Both the position numbers and the translations under genes were made by a program. Below are positions 1 through 10,268 of a stretch of 64,000 nucleotides of DNA, in pieces. The stretch is from Candidatus Komeilibacteria bacterium CG11_big_fil_rev_8_21_14_0_20_36_20. GTDB lineage: Bacteria > Patescibacteriota > Patescibacteriia > UBA1558 > GWA2-36-10. The notes under the pieces were generated by a model. That model was given only the letters and a program-made list of their open reading frames with translations, ran no database searches and had not been told where the DNA came from. The stretch is taken from NCBI GenBank assembly GCA_002787405.1, contig PCWQ01000007.1, positions 31,296 to 95,295 on the forward strand. Direction: 5' to 3'. The first letter of the stretch is position 1; every line of letters starts with the position of its first letter.

Positions 1-942
1 TACAGCCATCTCTGTTATTTTCTTCCAATCAATCCCTCGACCATTATCAGAAACCTCCACTTGGATCTGATCATTTTGCAAAGAAGCTTCAATTATAATG
101 CGTCCATCTTTCTGTTGAGAGCTAATGCCGTGCACCACTGCATTGGTTAATAATTGAATGACAATCTCCACTAATTCATCAATAATCGCCTTATCTAGAG
201 ACAGGTCATTATCTCTAATCACCAATTCCACATTTTTGCCTTCCTTATTGGCAATATCCCTCACCAAATAAGGCAAAGAAGAAAATATCTGCGATAAAGA
301 TACTATTCTCATTTTCTCCAACTCTCGCTTTAAATTGATAACAATCCTATCAATCTCCATATATGAACTCAAAATTTTGGTATCACCAATTTCTTTAGCT
401 AAGCCCTTAGCTCCCATAATATTGATTAATAAATCATCTAATAAGTTATGCAGGGTATTCAAATTATAGGTGGATAATGTGATTTCAGTTGGTGTATACC
501 AGCTATAAGACATGCTGGATTTTTTGGAACCAGCACCTTGGCGGGACCCTTTAGATTTTTTTTCTACCTGTTTCAAAAACCTATTTAAAAAACTGCTATA
601 TTTAGTTAAATTAATCTCTTGGCCTTTATTTTTTATAGACTTAAAATTAGACTGCAAAACCTCTAAATAATCAAAAAAAGTATCCATGATTTTCTGATTA
701 ACCGATAATTCTTGACGATAAGCGGCGCTGAACACATCTTCAATAGAATGAAGCAAAATTACTGTCTTTTTATAACCCATCGTAGCAGAAGCTCCTTTCA
801 TAGAATGGATCAAACGCAAAATGTCTTCAATTATATCTCTATTTTGCGTCTCTTTTTCCAAGGAAATAAATAAGTCAGCCAGCTTCTTTAATTGCTTACT
901 CGCTGTCGCTACGTAAAAATCTTTATACTTCTCACTAATCAT
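1..942 (-). CDS. cheA: CheA-like chemotaxis histidine kinase (partial; C-terminus runs off the window edge)
   Basis: Minus-strand translation starts MISEKYKDFYVATASKQL and has an HPt motif (HSMKGASATMGY). The HATPase_c N-box and G1 motifs (LTNAVVHG, DNGRGID) lie near position 1. It overlaps the 3' end of cheW by 8 nt. Confidence 0.8.
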   Translation of the reverse strand, partial: MISEKYKDFYVATASKQLKKLADLFISLEKETQNRDIIEDILRLIHSMKGASATMGYKKTVILLHSIEDVFSAAYRQELSVNQKIMDTFFDYLEVLQSNFKSIKNKGQEINLTKYSSFLNRFLKQVEKKSKGSRQGAGSKKSSMSYSWYTPTEITLSTYNLNTLHNLLDDLLINIMGAKGLAKEIGDTKILSSYMEIDRIVINLKRELEKMRIVSLSQIFSSLPYLVRDIANKEGKNVELVIRDNDLSLDKAIIDELVEIVIQLLTNAVVHGISSQQKDGRIIIEASLQNDQIQVEVSDNGRGIDWKKITEMAV

Positions 943-1369
943 AAATATCAACTATTTTCCAGATTTCTTCTGGATATAAAATATAAACTTTATTTTGCCC
1001 TACTTTAATATACTTCTTGAAATATACCTGAGATTTATCAGTTAAAACTCCCTTAACAGTCACTGTTTCACCTCCTTTTGTAGCCAATAAAGCATAAGTA
1101 TCATTTTGAAAGTCAAAGAGTAGACATTGCTTATCTTCCTGACTCTCTTTGATTTTATTTTTGGGAAAGACTTTCTGTAATATTTTAAATGTATTCAAGA
1201 CCGTCACTATTCTACCTTTATTATAAATCAAGCCAACAATATTAATATTAACCTTTGGTATTGGAGTAATATTGCCACCGTCGATAAATTGAGTACCTGG
1301 CAAAAGCGGCAAAGCCCATAGCTTTTGCTCGATCATGAATAAAACAAATTTTTCTGATTTAACAGCCAT
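935..1369 (-). CDS. cheW: CheW-like coupling protein
   Basis: A 144-aa ORF with a CheW-domain-like sequence and size, positioned between the MCP and CheA genes. Confidence 0.75.
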   Translation of the reverse strand: MAVKSEKFVLFMIEQKLWALPLLPGTQFIDGGNITPIPKVNINIVGLIYNKGRIVTVLNTFKILQKVFPKNKIKESQEDKQCLLFDFQNDTYALLATKGGETVTVKGVLTDKSQVYFKKYIKVGQNKVYILYPEEIWKIVDIYD

Positions 1370-1370
1370 T

Positions 1371-2519
1371 TTAAGTTTTGCCGACTAAACTATTTAAAGT
1401 GCCAGTTACTTTATTCAAAGATCTTGATGATCTGTTCAGGTTTCTAGTAACGGCTGATTGTTGATCAATAATCTTAGTGATATCATTTGTCTGTTTAACC
1501 AGAGATTTAGCTTCATTGTTTAAATCGCCGATCATGGAATTAATTTTACTAGCTTCATTGTCGGTCTCCTCTGTTTCTTTACTAATTACTTTAATGCTCT
1601 GCGATATGCTACTGACATTATTAATTATACGACCTAAAAATTTAATTGCTTGAGTGATAATATTAATACTTTTACTTGTCTCTTCCTGTTCAAAAATAAC
1701 TGTTTGCTTAGACTGCTGGATTTGCCTCTGCATATCTTTAGCTAGTGTCTGAATGCTGGTCGCTGCCTGTTCCGTATTAATATTCAACTCTCTAATCTGT
1801 AAAACTAAATCCGAAAATGCTTCGCTAAAAGAAGTTTTATTGGCCTCAATAGAAACATTAAGACTTAAAAAATTAGCTGTTTCAGTCAGAGCTTCCGCTC
1901 GTTTGGCAATATTTTGCACTTGCGTGGCATATTCACCTAAAGCCTGGGTTAATTTCTGGTTTTCAGTGGCTAAATGCTTCAGAACCACCAAACTATCTAG
2001 AGACAACTTAGCTTGATCTCCGCCTTGGCTAGCTAATTTGTCAATTCTAACAGCATCTTGGGCAGATGCTTTTGTCTTTTGAGTAATTTGATTAAGGGAT
2101 TGCACCATCTCTTCTACTGCCTGATTGCCAGACTTTAATCCTTTTTGCTGTTGACGACTACTAGCCAACAGAAATTGGGCTACTTGACTATTATCTTTAC
2201 TAATTTCTAATAAATCCTGAATCGATTTAGATAAAGACTTAACTACTCTGGATAACTCTTGCACCGAAATATGAATAGGTTTGGTAATCAGCCCAGCTAA
2301 ATATTTAGTGGCTATCAGCGACAAAATTAAAACAAAGGCCAATGATATAAAGATGCCCAACAAAACCGCTCTTTGCAATCCTGAAGTATCAATGGTATTC
2401 ATTTCCGGTTTAAAAGCGTAAAAAATAATAAATAAAATGGCGATTGGTAAGAATGAAACGCCAATAAACCAAAAAATAAACTGCAGATAAATTTTTGTTT
2501 CGGCTAACTTCACTGCCAA
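1371..2519 (-). CDS. methyl-accepting chemotaxis protein (two N-terminal TM helices, then HAMP and MCP signalling domains)
   Basis: 382 aa with an N-terminal hydrophobic pair and a long coiled-coil. An MCP-signal-like segment reads LSLNVSIEANKTSFSEAF. It forms an operon with cheW and cheA. Confidence 0.7.
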   Translation of the reverse strand: MAVKLAETKIYLQFIFWFIGVSFLPIAILFIIFYAFKPEMNTIDTSGLQRAVLLGIFISLAFVLILSLIATKYLAGLITKPIHISVQELSRVVKSLSKSIQDLLEISKDNSQVAQFLLASSRQQQKGLKSGNQAVEEMVQSLNQITQKTKASAQDAVRIDKLASQGGDQAKLSLDSLVVLKHLATENQKLTQALGEYATQVQNIAKRAEALTETANFLSLNVSIEANKTSFSEAFSDLVLQIRELNINTEQAATSIQTLAKDMQRQIQQSKQTVIFEQEETSKSINIITQAIKFLGRIINNVSSISQSIKVISKETEETDNEASKINSMIGDLNNEAKSLVKQTNDITKIIDQQSAVTRNLNRSSRSLNKVTGTLNSLVGKT

Positions 2520-2624
2520 AATTATAACTTTTTATCTCCTAAATTATAACATATTCTAGCCCTAAAAACAAAATCGTCTAGCCAAAATAGACTAGAACGA
2601 CTGGACGAGATAATTAGAATAAAA

Positions 2625-4739
2625 CTATCTTATAAAACTATTAATCATCTCCGCCAAAGCAGACTGATTATTCTCCTCTAATTGCCTGGCAAATTGTTGG
2701 AGATGTTGATACTCATCATCCGTCAAGGCCTGCTTTCTTTCTGAAAAATTAATTTCCCTAATCTTATTTAGATTCTCCTCCATACCTGACAAATCGCCAC
2801 TAATCAAATAAACCTGGAACAGATTCCAATAGACCGGTTTAGCCCAAGGAGCTAGATTTTTTAATTCTATAGCGTTCTCCTCAGCCGCCTGAATATCACC
2901 GAAGATTAAATAGGTTCTAGTTAATTGTAAATAAATATCCGGCCTCTGGGGAGCTTGATTTTTTAATTTATTTAATAAATCAAGATTTTTTAAAATAAAC
3001 TCCTGATCAATTGTCGCAAAATCACTATAAAAACTGGACAGCATCATGTTTAACCTAACGTCGTAGGGATGCCTTTTACTCTCCTCTTCTAGATAACCCT
3101 CCACCAAGACAAACAACTTAGTTTTACTTTGATCATCAAGATAAGGATTAGTGGATACGTTTAGCATCATTTGCAATAAAACCTCCACTTTCTCTTTCTC
3201 GCCTAAACTACTTAAAGTAAAGGACCGCTGCCACTCCTCCAGGGCTTGATCAAAACTTTGCTGATCCCGAGCTAAGCTAATATTTCTAAATGATTTAGTT
3301 AATAATAAATTGCTTCCCAGTGGATTCCAGAAAAAAGTTAAAGAAAAACTAATGATAATCATTAAACTCAGTAAAGCATGAACTCCGTGTCCTCTTTTAA
3401 AAGGAATATGATCTCTCTTTTGTTGCTTAACACCGACCATAAATAAAAAAGAAAGGATCAGATACAAGATAAGGTTAGTATTTAAATTATCAAAAATAAA
3501 AAAATCATGAAACAGAAAACTTATCAGGAAAGCGATCCAAAAAAAACTAAAAAACCAATCATTATCCTGTTTATATTTTTGATATAAATAAAATATCAAG
3601 AAAACAAACACTGACAGATACAAAAAAAATCCGACAATACCCCCTTGCACCAAATGCTGAACTAAAATATTATGAGGCCGATCAAACCATAATTCCGAAC
3701 TTTCATCACGAAAAATTTCTATGGGAAAATAACCATTAAAAACATAATGAAAATTTTCTTCACCCCAACCCAATAAAGGCCTCTCCTGAACACCTCGCCA
3801 GCTATTACGCCAGATAGTTAAACGGGATTGAGTGGTAATATCATTTAAAGAAATGTGGGTTAATTTATAAGCCAGATGAATTCTGTCTACCCAGGCGCTA
3901 TCTTTTTGTTGCCATAATAATCCCAACAGTAAAAAGCTAGCCAACAAAATCCCTAGAGCAAAATAATACCCTGCCTTTCTTTCCCTTCTTTTAAACCAAA
4001 GATAGAATATTATTAATAAGAATATAAAAAATGCTAGACCTAAAAATGCCCCTCTAGTTTGAGTGACTATTAAAATAAAAATAAATAAACCGACGCTTAG
4101 AATATACCAAAAATTCAAAAAAGACCAACCTTTTAACCTTAATCTATTAAATAAGAGATAAACTGCCACTACTGTCTGAAGGAACATATATGACCCAACA
4201 TAAGCCGCATTACCTAAAGTGGAAGTTAATCTGCCTCCACCATATGATGGTAAAATAAAATTTAAATTAAATTGCTGCCCTAAAGCAACTAAAGCGACCA
4301 GCCAGGCGGCAATCAGAGAAATATTGAGAAGCTGCCGCCAAGATTTAGTGCTATTAACAACTCCCAACAAAACAAAAATATACATTAACAAATGATACCA
4401 ATTCACCAATCCATCCATTCTTTCAAAATTGCTCCAGAAACTAAAAGAAAAATTCATTCCCAGAAGACTGGAAACTGTTAACCCGATGACAAATAAAAAT
4501 ATAAAAATAAAAGCTTTATTAAATTTTGGACGAAAACTTTTGTTAGTTAGAATTAAATAAAAATAAAGACCAAAAATAATATCTATAATTAAACGAAAAA
4601 ATAAATTTCTTGGAACGATGAAAGGAAAATAAAAACCATCAATCACCACTAAAGGCAAAAATAGAACCAATAACAGCCCGATTTTAATTAATAATAATAG
4701 GCAATTATCCAGTCTGTTTAATTGAGATAAAACACGCAT
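2625..4739 (-). CDS. O-antigen ligase-like (Wzy_C domain) polytopic membrane protein with C-terminal TPR repeats; candidate O-oligosaccharyltransferase or polymerase
   Basis: 704 aa with more than 10 TM helices and a Wzy_C-like core (QTRGAFLGLAFFIF). The C-terminal third is soluble, TPR-like and helical. It is a paralog of 47034..49307. Confidence 0.65.
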   Translation of the reverse strand: MRVLSQLNRLDNCLLLLIKIGLLLVLFLPLVVIDGFYFPFIVPRNLFFRLIIDIIFGLYFYLILTNKSFRPKFNKAFIFIFLFVIGLTVSSLLGMNFSFSFWSNFERMDGLVNWYHLLMYIFVLLGVVNSTKSWRQLLNISLIAAWLVALVALGQQFNLNFILPSYGGGRLTSTLGNAAYVGSYMFLQTVVAVYLLFNRLRLKGWSFLNFWYILSVGLFIFILIVTQTRGAFLGLAFFIFLLIIFYLWFKRRERKAGYYFALGILLASFLLLGLLWQQKDSAWVDRIHLAYKLTHISLNDITTQSRLTIWRNSWRGVQERPLLGWGEENFHYVFNGYFPIEIFRDESSELWFDRPHNILVQHLVQGGIVGFFLYLSVFVFLIFYLYQKYKQDNDWFFSFFWIAFLISFLFHDFFIFDNLNTNLILYLILSFLFMVGVKQQKRDHIPFKRGHGVHALLSLMIIISFSLTFFWNPLGSNLLLTKSFRNISLARDQQSFDQALEEWQRSFTLSSLGEKEKVEVLLQMMLNVSTNPYLDDQSKTKLFVLVEGYLEEESKRHPYDVRLNMMLSSFYSDFATIDQEFILKNLDLLNKLKNQAPQRPDIYLQLTRTYLIFGDIQAAEENAIELKNLAPWAKPVYWNLFQVYLISGDLSGMEENLNKIREINFSERKQALTDDEYQHLQQFARQLEENNQSALAEMINSFIR

Positions 4740-4854
4740 TGTTAATAAATAAAGGCAATAAAAAGATAATCCATAAATAAACTAAATAAATAATAAAAAT
4801 TTGACAGTTAAGGTTATTTATATTATAATATAAAATACTATTTAATTCAAGCAA

Positions 4855-6219
4855 ATGAAAAAAATTACCCTATTTATCATTGACATTGTTTTACTCTATG
4901 CGAGTTTAGCTCTAACTTTATGGCTGCGCTATGGCCAGATCAACAAAGATTTATGGATGAGACATTTCTGGCCTTTTTCTATAATCTTTGCTCTTTGGAT
5001 TGTTGTTTTTTTTATTAATGGCTTATATGAAATACGTAAAGTTAGAAATGATTTTAAATTTTATGGAAATTTAATTCAAAATTTGCTAATCAATGCTCTG
5101 CTAGCCGTCTTAGTTTTTTATGTAATCTTAGGTAACTTCACCACCTTAAAACCGCAAACAGTTTTAGTTGTCCTGTTAATTATTTTTACAATACTTTTCC
5201 TTGTCTGGCGCAGATTATTTTACGAACTTATTTCCAGCGCTACCCTCAGAGACAATCTAGCTATTATCGGGATTAATGAAGGGTCACTACTCTTAGCTGA
5301 AGAAATCATTACTAAACCGCACCTGGGTTATAATTTAAAACTAATCATCAATCCCGATTATTCTTTGATCCCTGAAAAATTTCACATTATCTCTATTAGT
5401 AAAGATATCTCTGATTTAAAAAATCAACTAGTCACCCACAAAATTAACACTGTGGTCAGCGTTAATAACCCGAAATACAGTCCCGAAGTGGCTCGGTATT
5501 TATTTGAAACTATTGATTTAAAAATACAATATCTGAACCTCACCGACTTTTATGAAAAAGTTACTGGAAAAATACTGGTTACTGCTTTGGAGCGCAACTG
5601 GTTTCTAGAAAATATCACCAGAAAAAATAATGAATTATTTAAAGCTACTAAAAGAACCATCGATATAGTTTGCTCTGTTATTTTTGGCTTAATATCATTA
5701 ATTATTATGCCTATCCTCGCTCTATTAATTAAATCAGAATCAAAGGGTCCTTTAATTTATAAACAGGAACGAGTAGGGTTAAACGGCAAAAAAATCACGG
5801 TCTATAAATTTCGTTCTATGGTTCACAATGCAGAAACTACTCAAGAAATCTGGGCCCAAAAAAACGATAATCGGATCACCCGCATAGGCAAATTTATTCG
5901 TAAAACTCGGCTGGATGAAATACCCCAATTTTGGAATATCTTCAGAGGCAATATGAGTTTTGTCGGGCCAAGACCGGAAAGGCCTAAATTTGTAGAGCAA
6001 CTCAAAAAAAAGGTGCCTTTTTATAACGAAAGGCATCTGGTCAAACCTGGCTTAACCGGCTGGGCGCAAATCAATTTCCCCTATGGATCTTCAATTGAAG
6101 ATGCCCATGAAAAACTGCAATATGATCTGTTCTATATAAAAAATCAGTCAATCTCCTTAGATATTTCCATTATTTTAAAAACTATTAACGCTATTTTTAG
6201 TATTAATCTAGGCAGATAA
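4855..6219 (+). CDS. polyprenyl-phosphate hexose-1-phosphate transferase (WbaP/WcaJ-like initiating sugar transferase, Bac_transf domain)
   Basis: 454 aa with N-terminal TM helices. The C-terminal region reads IDIVCSVIFGLISLIIMPILALLIKSESKGPLIYKQERVGLNGKKITVYKFRSM...PRPERP, which is typical of this family. Confidence 0.85.
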   Translation: MKKITLFIIDIVLLYASLALTLWLRYGQINKDLWMRHFWPFSIIFALWIVVFFINGLYEIRKVRNDFKFYGNLIQNLLINALLAVLVFYVILGNFTTLKPQTVLVVLLIIFTILFLVWRRLFYELISSATLRDNLAIIGINEGSLLLAEEIITKPHLGYNLKLIINPDYSLIPEKFHIISISKDISDLKNQLVTHKINTVVSVNNPKYSPEVARYLFETIDLKIQYLNLTDFYEKVTGKILVTALERNWFLENITRKNNELFKATKRTIDIVCSVIFGLISLIIMPILALLIKSESKGPLIYKQERVGLNGKKITVYKFRSMVHNAETTQEIWAQKNDNRITRIGKFIRKTRLDEIPQFWNIFRGNMSFVGPRPERPKFVEQLKKKVPFYNERHLVKPGLTGWAQINFPYGSSIEDAHEKLQYDLFYIKNQSISLDISIILKTINAIFSINLGR

Positions 6220-6232
6220 AACTTTTAACCCT

Positions 6233-7216
6233 ATGAAAAATAAAAAATCAAACCTAAAAAATAAGACTATTCTTGTAACCGGCAGCGCCGGTTTCATTGG
6301 TTTTCATTTATCTAAGAGACTTTTAGAAGAAGGTGTCAAAATAATCGGACTAGACAATTTCAATAATTATTATGATCCCCAACTGAAAGAATCTCGAAAT
6401 AAAATCCTGGAAAAGTTTGATAACTTTAAGTTATATAGAGGCGACCTAACTGATTTAAATTTTGTCAAGAAAATTTTTCAAGAAAATAAAATTGATAAGG
6501 TTTGCCATCTAGCCGCTCAAGCTGGGGTAAGATACAGCTTAATTAACCCCTACGCCTATATTCAATCCAACTTAGTCGGCTTTCATCATATTATTGACGA
6601 AGCTAAAAATGCCGGCATCAAAGACTTCATCTATGCTTCCAGTAGTTCTGTTTACGGTAATAATAAAAAGGTTCCTTTTTCTGTAGATGATAGGATTGAT
6701 CATCCAATATCATTATACGCAGCCACTAAAAAATCTAATGAACTCCTAGCTCATACTTACCATCATCTTTATGACATGAATTGCACCGGTCTACGATTTT
6801 TTACAGTCTATGGCCCTTATGGCCGTCCAGATATGGCTTTATTTCTATTTACCAAAGCTATTCTAGAGAATCAACCAATTAAAGTATTTAACTTCGGCAA
6901 AATGGAAAGAGACTTTACTTATATTGATGATATTATTGATGGGGTTGTTTCCAGCTTAGAATATTCTTATCCCTATGAAATATTCAATCTAGGCAATAAT
7001 CAACCGGTCAAACTTGAAGATTTCATCCAACACATTGAAAATGAATTAAACCAAAAAGCCCAAAAAGAATATTTACCGATCCAACCCGGTGACGTGCCTA
7101 AAACTTTTGCGGATATAACCAGCAGCAAAGAAAAACTTAACTATCAACCCACTACACCTATAAAAAAAGGAATTAATAAATTTATGAATTGGTATAAAGA
7201 CTATTATAAAATATAA
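6233..7216 (+). CDS. NAD-dependent nucleotide-sugar epimerase (UDP-glucuronate 4-epimerase / WbpP-like, SDR family)
   Basis: The Rossmann motif reads TGSAGFIGFHLSKRL. A YASSSSVYG serine and a YAATKKSNE YxxxK motif are present. The N-terminal sequence matches UDP-glucuronate 4-epimerases. Confidence 0.8.
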   Translation: MKNKKSNLKNKTILVTGSAGFIGFHLSKRLLEEGVKIIGLDNFNNYYDPQLKESRNKILEKFDNFKLYRGDLTDLNFVKKIFQENKIDKVCHLAAQAGVRYSLINPYAYIQSNLVGFHHIIDEAKNAGIKDFIYASSSSVYGNNKKVPFSVDDRIDHPISLYAATKKSNELLAHTYHHLYDMNCTGLRFFTVYGPYGRPDMALFLFTKAILENQPIKVFNFGKMERDFTYIDDIIDGVVSSLEYSYPYEIFNLGNNQPVKLEDFIQHIENELNQKAQKEYLPIQPGDVPKTFADITSSKEKLNYQPTTPIKKGINKFMNWYKDYYKI

Positions 7217-7291
7217 TGTTTCAAAATTTAAGGCATAAGAGTTATTTTAATTGCAAATAAGCTTATAACTCCCAATAATTGGCCTATATAA

Positions 7292-8047
7292 CTATACAAT
7301 TATTTTGATAATAATACCTTTACCAAATAATTTAGGGAATATTTTATTTAAAATCGGAAGCCCTTCGTAAATTATAATCTTGTCCAATTTTAAATTTAAA
7401 GCCTTGCTCCACCATCTAACATCCTCTGCTGTCCAAAAACGCAAATGCTCTCCAGGATGAGCCATCCACTGCACAGGAAAACGGCCGCATAACAACCTCA
7501 AACGATGAATATAGTAACCTGTGTTGGGTATAGAGAAAATCAGTGCTTTCCTAGCTTTACTTTTTATATTTAAAACGAATTCCTCTGAGTTAGACATGTG
7601 TTCAATAATCTCTAACCCCAATATATAATCCACCTCCGGCAAATTCTTTAAATTATCAAAATTATTGATATCCATAGTTATTGTTTTGATACCTTCCTGT
7701 TTAGCTTTAACTAAAATTTCACTACTAATATCAACACCAATTCCATTTATACTCATCTTCTCCTTTAAATATTTTAAGATTCCACCATCTCCACAACCTA
7801 TATCTAGAACTTCTGAATTTGGCTCTAACATATCTAAAATATATTTTAGCCTTTGTTTTTGCCAACCAGACAAAACAGAAACCGACCCTTTTCTTTTTAA
7901 TTTCCAATATTTATTATAATCAACGGCTGTGCCGTTATTTAAATCACACCTTGGATAATTAAATAATGACGAAAAATCCCGTTTAATTTTGTATAAAAAA
8001 ATTTTAAACATATTATTAGACATATATATTAGTTTTATATAACTCAA
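7292..8047 (-). CDS. class I SAM-dependent methyltransferase (MetW-like)
   Basis: A SAM-binding motif reads LDIGCGDGGILKYL. The C-terminal segment PNTGYYIHRLRLLCGRFPVQWMAHPGEHLRFWT resembles the MetW family. Confidence 0.6.
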   Translation of the reverse strand: MSYIKLIYMSNNMFKIFLYKIKRDFSSLFNYPRCDLNNGTAVDYNKYWKLKRKGSVSVLSGWQKQRLKYILDMLEPNSEVLDIGCGDGGILKYLKEKMSINGIGVDISSEILVKAKQEGIKTITMDINNFDNLKNLPEVDYILGLEIIEHMSNSEEFVLNIKSKARKALIFSIPNTGYYIHRLRLLCGRFPVQWMAHPGEHLRFWTAEDVRWWSKALNLKLDKIIIYEGLPILNKIFPKLFGKGIIIKIIV

Positions 8048-8093
8048 TAATGTCTTTTGCTATATTTTCACTTAATTAATCAACCTATGATTA

Positions 8094-9407
8094 TTAAGAC
8101 AATCTCTCGAAACTAGAATGCACCACTGGCCCTTCTAATAAATCATAAAGTTTATGTGATACAACCGCTTGCTCTAATAAATTACAAACCTTTTCTGCTG
8201 CCTTCACATATAATTTGGCATAATCTTCTGTGAGGCTATAACTAACATATATAGTAGCCGAAGCCAAAACGCCTCTTTTAAGCATTTCTTGAGTAAATAA
8301 GGTACGAATAGCTTGACTATCTTTACCATAATCAAAAAAAAGATGAATCAATGGCGGTAATCCACTAATCTTAAGTTTCAAACCGCTATTTTCAGCTGAT
8401 GTCTTTAATCCTTTTATTATTAAGCGTCCAATTTTATCAAGCTGTTTAGGGACATCTTTGTCTATCATCTTCTTAATGGTCGTTATAGCCGCCATTGGGC
8501 CAACCCTCTCTGTCCAATAAGAACTGCTAATAAATGAAGTTTGAGCCGCTTGCATAACATTCCTATTGCCAATAATAGCCGCCATTGGGAAACCATTGCT
8601 CATTCCCTTAGCAAAAACAGCTATGTCAGGATTTACGTCGTATTTTAGATGAGCACCCCCAACATTAAGACGCCAAGCAATGGTTACTTCATCAAAAATG
8701 AGAACCGCTCCAATTTTATCAGCCAGATTTCTTATTTTTTTTAAAAAATCATCCTCTGGCTCATCATTCCTTAAAGGCTCCATAACAATTGCGCCAATAT
8801 CATTGTTTTTTAAAACAATATCCTCTAACTCCTTTATTTTATTATAGTGAAAAGGGATCGCTGTGCCAGCCAGCCCTCTTGGCACGCCCCTTGGCTCTAA
8901 TCCTGCTAATAAATGCCCATCCAGATGTTTATCGTTAAATAAATTAGCAGCTAAATACCAATCATGCCAACCATGATAGCCACAAAAAGCAATCTTATCT
9001 TTCCCTGAATATGCCCGAGCGATTCTGACAGCTACTGCCATTGCTTCTCCGCCACCTCTGGTATATCTAACCATCTCGGCCCAAGGATGCAATTTACATA
9101 GCAACTTCGCCAATTCTACATCTTCAGGAGAATTGAGTGTACAGATAGAACCTGATCTAATTACTTTTTCTACTGCTTCATTGACATCTGGATCGGCATA
9201 ACCCAATATACAAGCACCGACGCTAGCATAAGTATCAATATATTCATTGCCATCTAAATCCCAAACTTTAACGCCTTCCGCTTTTTTAAAATAAGAAGGC
9301 CAATGTTCTGGCAAAAACATCTCTGAACGTTTTGATAGTAATTGTGTTCCACCTGGAATAATTTTCTTTGCTTCGTTCCATAATAGAACACCTTTTGTTG
9401 ACTTCAT
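8094..9407 (-). CDS. class III aminotransferase (glutamate-1-semialdehyde aminomutase-like)
   Basis: 437 aa. The N-terminus (IIPGGTQLLSKR...KAEGVKVWDLDGNEYIDTYASVGACILGY) matches HemL-type PLP-dependent enzymes. Confidence 0.8.
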   Translation of the reverse strand: MKSTKGVLLWNEAKKIIPGGTQLLSKRSEMFLPEHWPSYFKKAEGVKVWDLDGNEYIDTYASVGACILGYADPDVNEAVEKVIRSGSICTLNSPEDVELAKLLCKLHPWAEMVRYTRGGGEAMAVAVRIARAYSGKDKIAFCGYHGWHDWYLAANLFNDKHLDGHLLAGLEPRGVPRGLAGTAIPFHYNKIKELEDIVLKNNDIGAIVMEPLRNDEPEDDFLKKIRNLADKIGAVLIFDEVTIAWRLNVGGAHLKYDVNPDIAVFAKGMSNGFPMAAIIGNRNVMQAAQTSFISSSYWTERVGPMAAITTIKKMIDKDVPKQLDKIGRLIIKGLKTSAENSGLKLKISGLPPLIHLFFDYGKDSQAIRTLFTQEMLKRGVLASATIYVSYSLTEDYAKLYVKAAEKVCNLLEQAVVSHKLYDLLEGPVVHSSFERLS

Positions 9408-10254
9408 AGCTGTTTGTTTTAAGTATAAAATAATTTTCTAAAAATAAAGCATCTAGCTCAGTATTGTTAAAAAGATTTAATGCCTGCTCAGGATTCTCCA
9501 CAATAGGTTCTCCCCTACCATTCATTGATGTATTCATAACAAGAGGGATCCCTGTAATTTTGTAAAATTCTTTTATTAAATTGTAATATGATTCATTAAC
9601 ATCTTTTTTTACAACTTGTGGTCGCGTTGAATTATCAACATGTAAAGCCGCCGGAATTTTATCTTGCATATTATTTTGTATATATCTAGCAATAATCATA
9701 AAATCGGCACAATTGGGAATATAGCCCTGGAGATATTTATGTTTATATTCATCTAAAATTGATACAGCAAGTGGCCGCCACTGTTCTCTATATTTTATTG
9801 TATTCATTCTTTCTTTGTTTTTCTTTTTTGTTGGGTTTGATAAGATACTTCTGTTCCCTAAAGCTCTTGCACCAGCTTCCATTTTGCCATTAAACCAACC
9901 AATAACTTTATCCTCAGCGATTAACTTTGCTGCTTGCTTATATGGTTCTTTAAGATATTCAAATCTTAGACCCTTAGATTTTAGCATTTTTTCTATATAA
10001 CTATTACTATATTTAGTGCCATAATATAGATGGCGCATCTCTTCAAAATCATTCCTCCCAGTTTTTTCAACATATTTCAACATTGCTGAACCAATCATAC
10101 TACCATTATCTCCAGCTAAAGGCTGGATAAAAATATCTTGAATCAACCCTGACTCTAAGATTTTACTATTCATAACGCAGTTCATCGCCACGCCACCAGC
10201 TAGACATAAATTATTACTTTTAAATTTCCTTTTCCCTATTTTTATTAGAATCAA
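9286..10254 (-). CDS. carbamoyltransferase (NodU/CmcH family), C-terminal part of a gene split by a frameshift
   Basis: Contains NLCLAGGVAMNCVMN, typical of O-carbamoyltransferases. Reading on in the +1 frame from the upstream ORF across the T8 run at 10323..10330 gives an uninterrupted sequence. Confidence 0.75.
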   Translation of the reverse strand: MILIKIGKRKFKSNNLCLAGGVAMNCVMNSKILESGLIQDIFIQPLAGDNGSMIGSAMLKYVEKTGRNDFEEMRHLYYGTKYSNSYIEKMLKSKGLRFEYLKEPYKQAAKLIAEDKVIGWFNGKMEAGARALGNRSILSNPTKKKNKERMNTIKYREQWRPLAVSILDEYKHKYLQGYIPNCADFMIIARYIQNNMQDKIPAALHVDNSTRPQVVKKDVNESYYNLIKEFYKITGIPLVMNTSMNGRGEPIVENPEQALNLFNNTELDALFLENYFILKTNSYEVNKRCSIMERSKENYSRWNTITIKTFRDVFARTLAFLF

Positions 10255-10268
10255 TAATACTTCTTCAA

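Noticed and set aside
1753-2016. Small plus-strand ORFs that lie inside long minus-strand genes. Examples are 1753..2016, 5779..6036, 7665..7919, 9815..10000, 12392..12598, 13800..14159, 14720..15004, 15981..16292, 16973..17320, 18265..18891, 19148..19414, 22822..23040, 23334..23915, 26332..26526, 28496..28857, 31431..32189, 33494..33682, 36628..37658, 38151..38363, 39565..40193, 40884..41486, 47877..48059, 51235..51447, 53599..53802, 54520..55284, 57114..57299, 59632..60159 and 63179..63406.
   Set aside because: Each is fully embedded antisense in a larger ORF that has clear family motifs. Their composition is that of AT-rich antisense sequence (Phe/Ile/Leu/Lys-rich, low complexity). None shows a recognisable domain.
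7217-7291. Tested the convergent intergenic region between the epimerase and MetW-like genes for a bidirectional intrinsic terminator.
   Set aside because: No convincing GC-rich stem followed by a T-tract could be identified in the AT-rich sequence.
9286-9407. A 122-nt overlap between the 3' end of the carbamoyltransferase ORF and the 5' end of the aminotransferase ORF, as a possible sign of a second frameshift.
   Set aside because: The aminotransferase N-terminus (…IIPGGTQLLSKR…) looks genuine from the annotated start. The carbamoyltransferase tail is low-complexity. The overlap is more simply read-through to the next stop in an AT-rich frame. It cannot be resolved without alignment.
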